The notes beneath the pieces are model-generated. The model saw nothing but the letters and a program-made list of their open reading frames with translations. It had not been told where the DNA came from and did no database searches. Shown here one piece after another: positions 44,716 to 45,402 of a DNA stretch of 45,402 nucleotides (its first letter is position 1; the number at the start of each line of letters is the position of its first letter). The DNA is from a virus. Lineage: Duplodnaviria > Caudoviricetes. The translations under genes were made by a program, and so were the position numbers. The stretch lies in IMG/VR virus record IMGVR_UViG_3300046396_000018, positions 1 through 45,402 of that record; one strand, written 5' to 3'.

Positions 44716-44988
44716 ATGATGCCGATCAAAATTACCGCCGTGGCCAATACCGCTGGCCTCTTACTCTCTGCGAACCTCTTTCGGAATGGCGCCCGGGTCG
44801 AGAATCCGTTGTCCGCCCCGATCTACGTGGGTGTCTCCTCTGATCCTTCCTTGGGTCCTCCGAGCCTCTACGTTCCTCCCGCCAATGCGATGGGCGACCC
44901 CGGAAGTTACGTCTTTGATGGGACATGCTTGGAAGCGTGGTACTACAAGACTACGGGATCCGGGGACTTCACCGTGCATACCTGGTAA
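44716..44988 (+). CDS. Small beta-sandwich structural protein
   Basis: R.GARVEN..SAPIYVG pattern; tiling. Confidence 0.55.
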   Translation: MMPIKITAVANTAGLLLSANLFRNGARVENPLSAPIYVGVSSDPSLGPPSLYVPPANAMGDPGSYVFDGTCLEAWYYKTTGSGDFTVHTW

Positions 44989-44993
44989 TCGAT

Positions 44994-45402
<409 letters not shown>

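Overview
A complete, circularly assembled ~45.3 kb tailed-phage genome: bases 1-127 are identical to 45276-45402, and a collagen-like gene runs across the join. The layout is podovirus-like. A leftward early arm (~4.1-14.3 kb, - strand) carries many small ORFs, a DUF1376-type replication initiator, a DnaB-like helicase, HNH and VRR-NUC nucleases and a class I SAM methyltransferase. A divergent promoter pair with a palindrome and a tiny HTH gene sits at ~14.3-14.6 kb. The rightward arm carries two tRNA-Ser genes, a degenerate tRNA-Thr, TerS/TerL, about 10 small genes, portal, scaffold, major capsid, an antisense HNH insertion, two adaptor paralogs flanking a beta-helix tailspike, a nozzle and three ejection-type proteins. 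After these come a structured, repeat-rich non-coding island, a membrane-protein-rich lysis cassette with an M15 endolysin, and a fibre/glycosidase module. I recognise no integrase, CI-type repressor, DNA polymerase, primase or tape-measure gene. The most unusual signal is a stand-alone ethylene-receptor-like (ETR1-type) membrane domain, with its copper ligands substituted, inside the lysis cassette. Also notable: a repeat/hairpin island with two hidden antisense mini-genes upstream of lysis, a low-GC GNAT module inside an ejection protein, a tRNA pair flanked by a recoded duplication of a gene 3' end, and a duplicated glycan-active domain next to a polysaccharide-type methyltransferase. All family calls are by-eye motif recognition; no searches were run.
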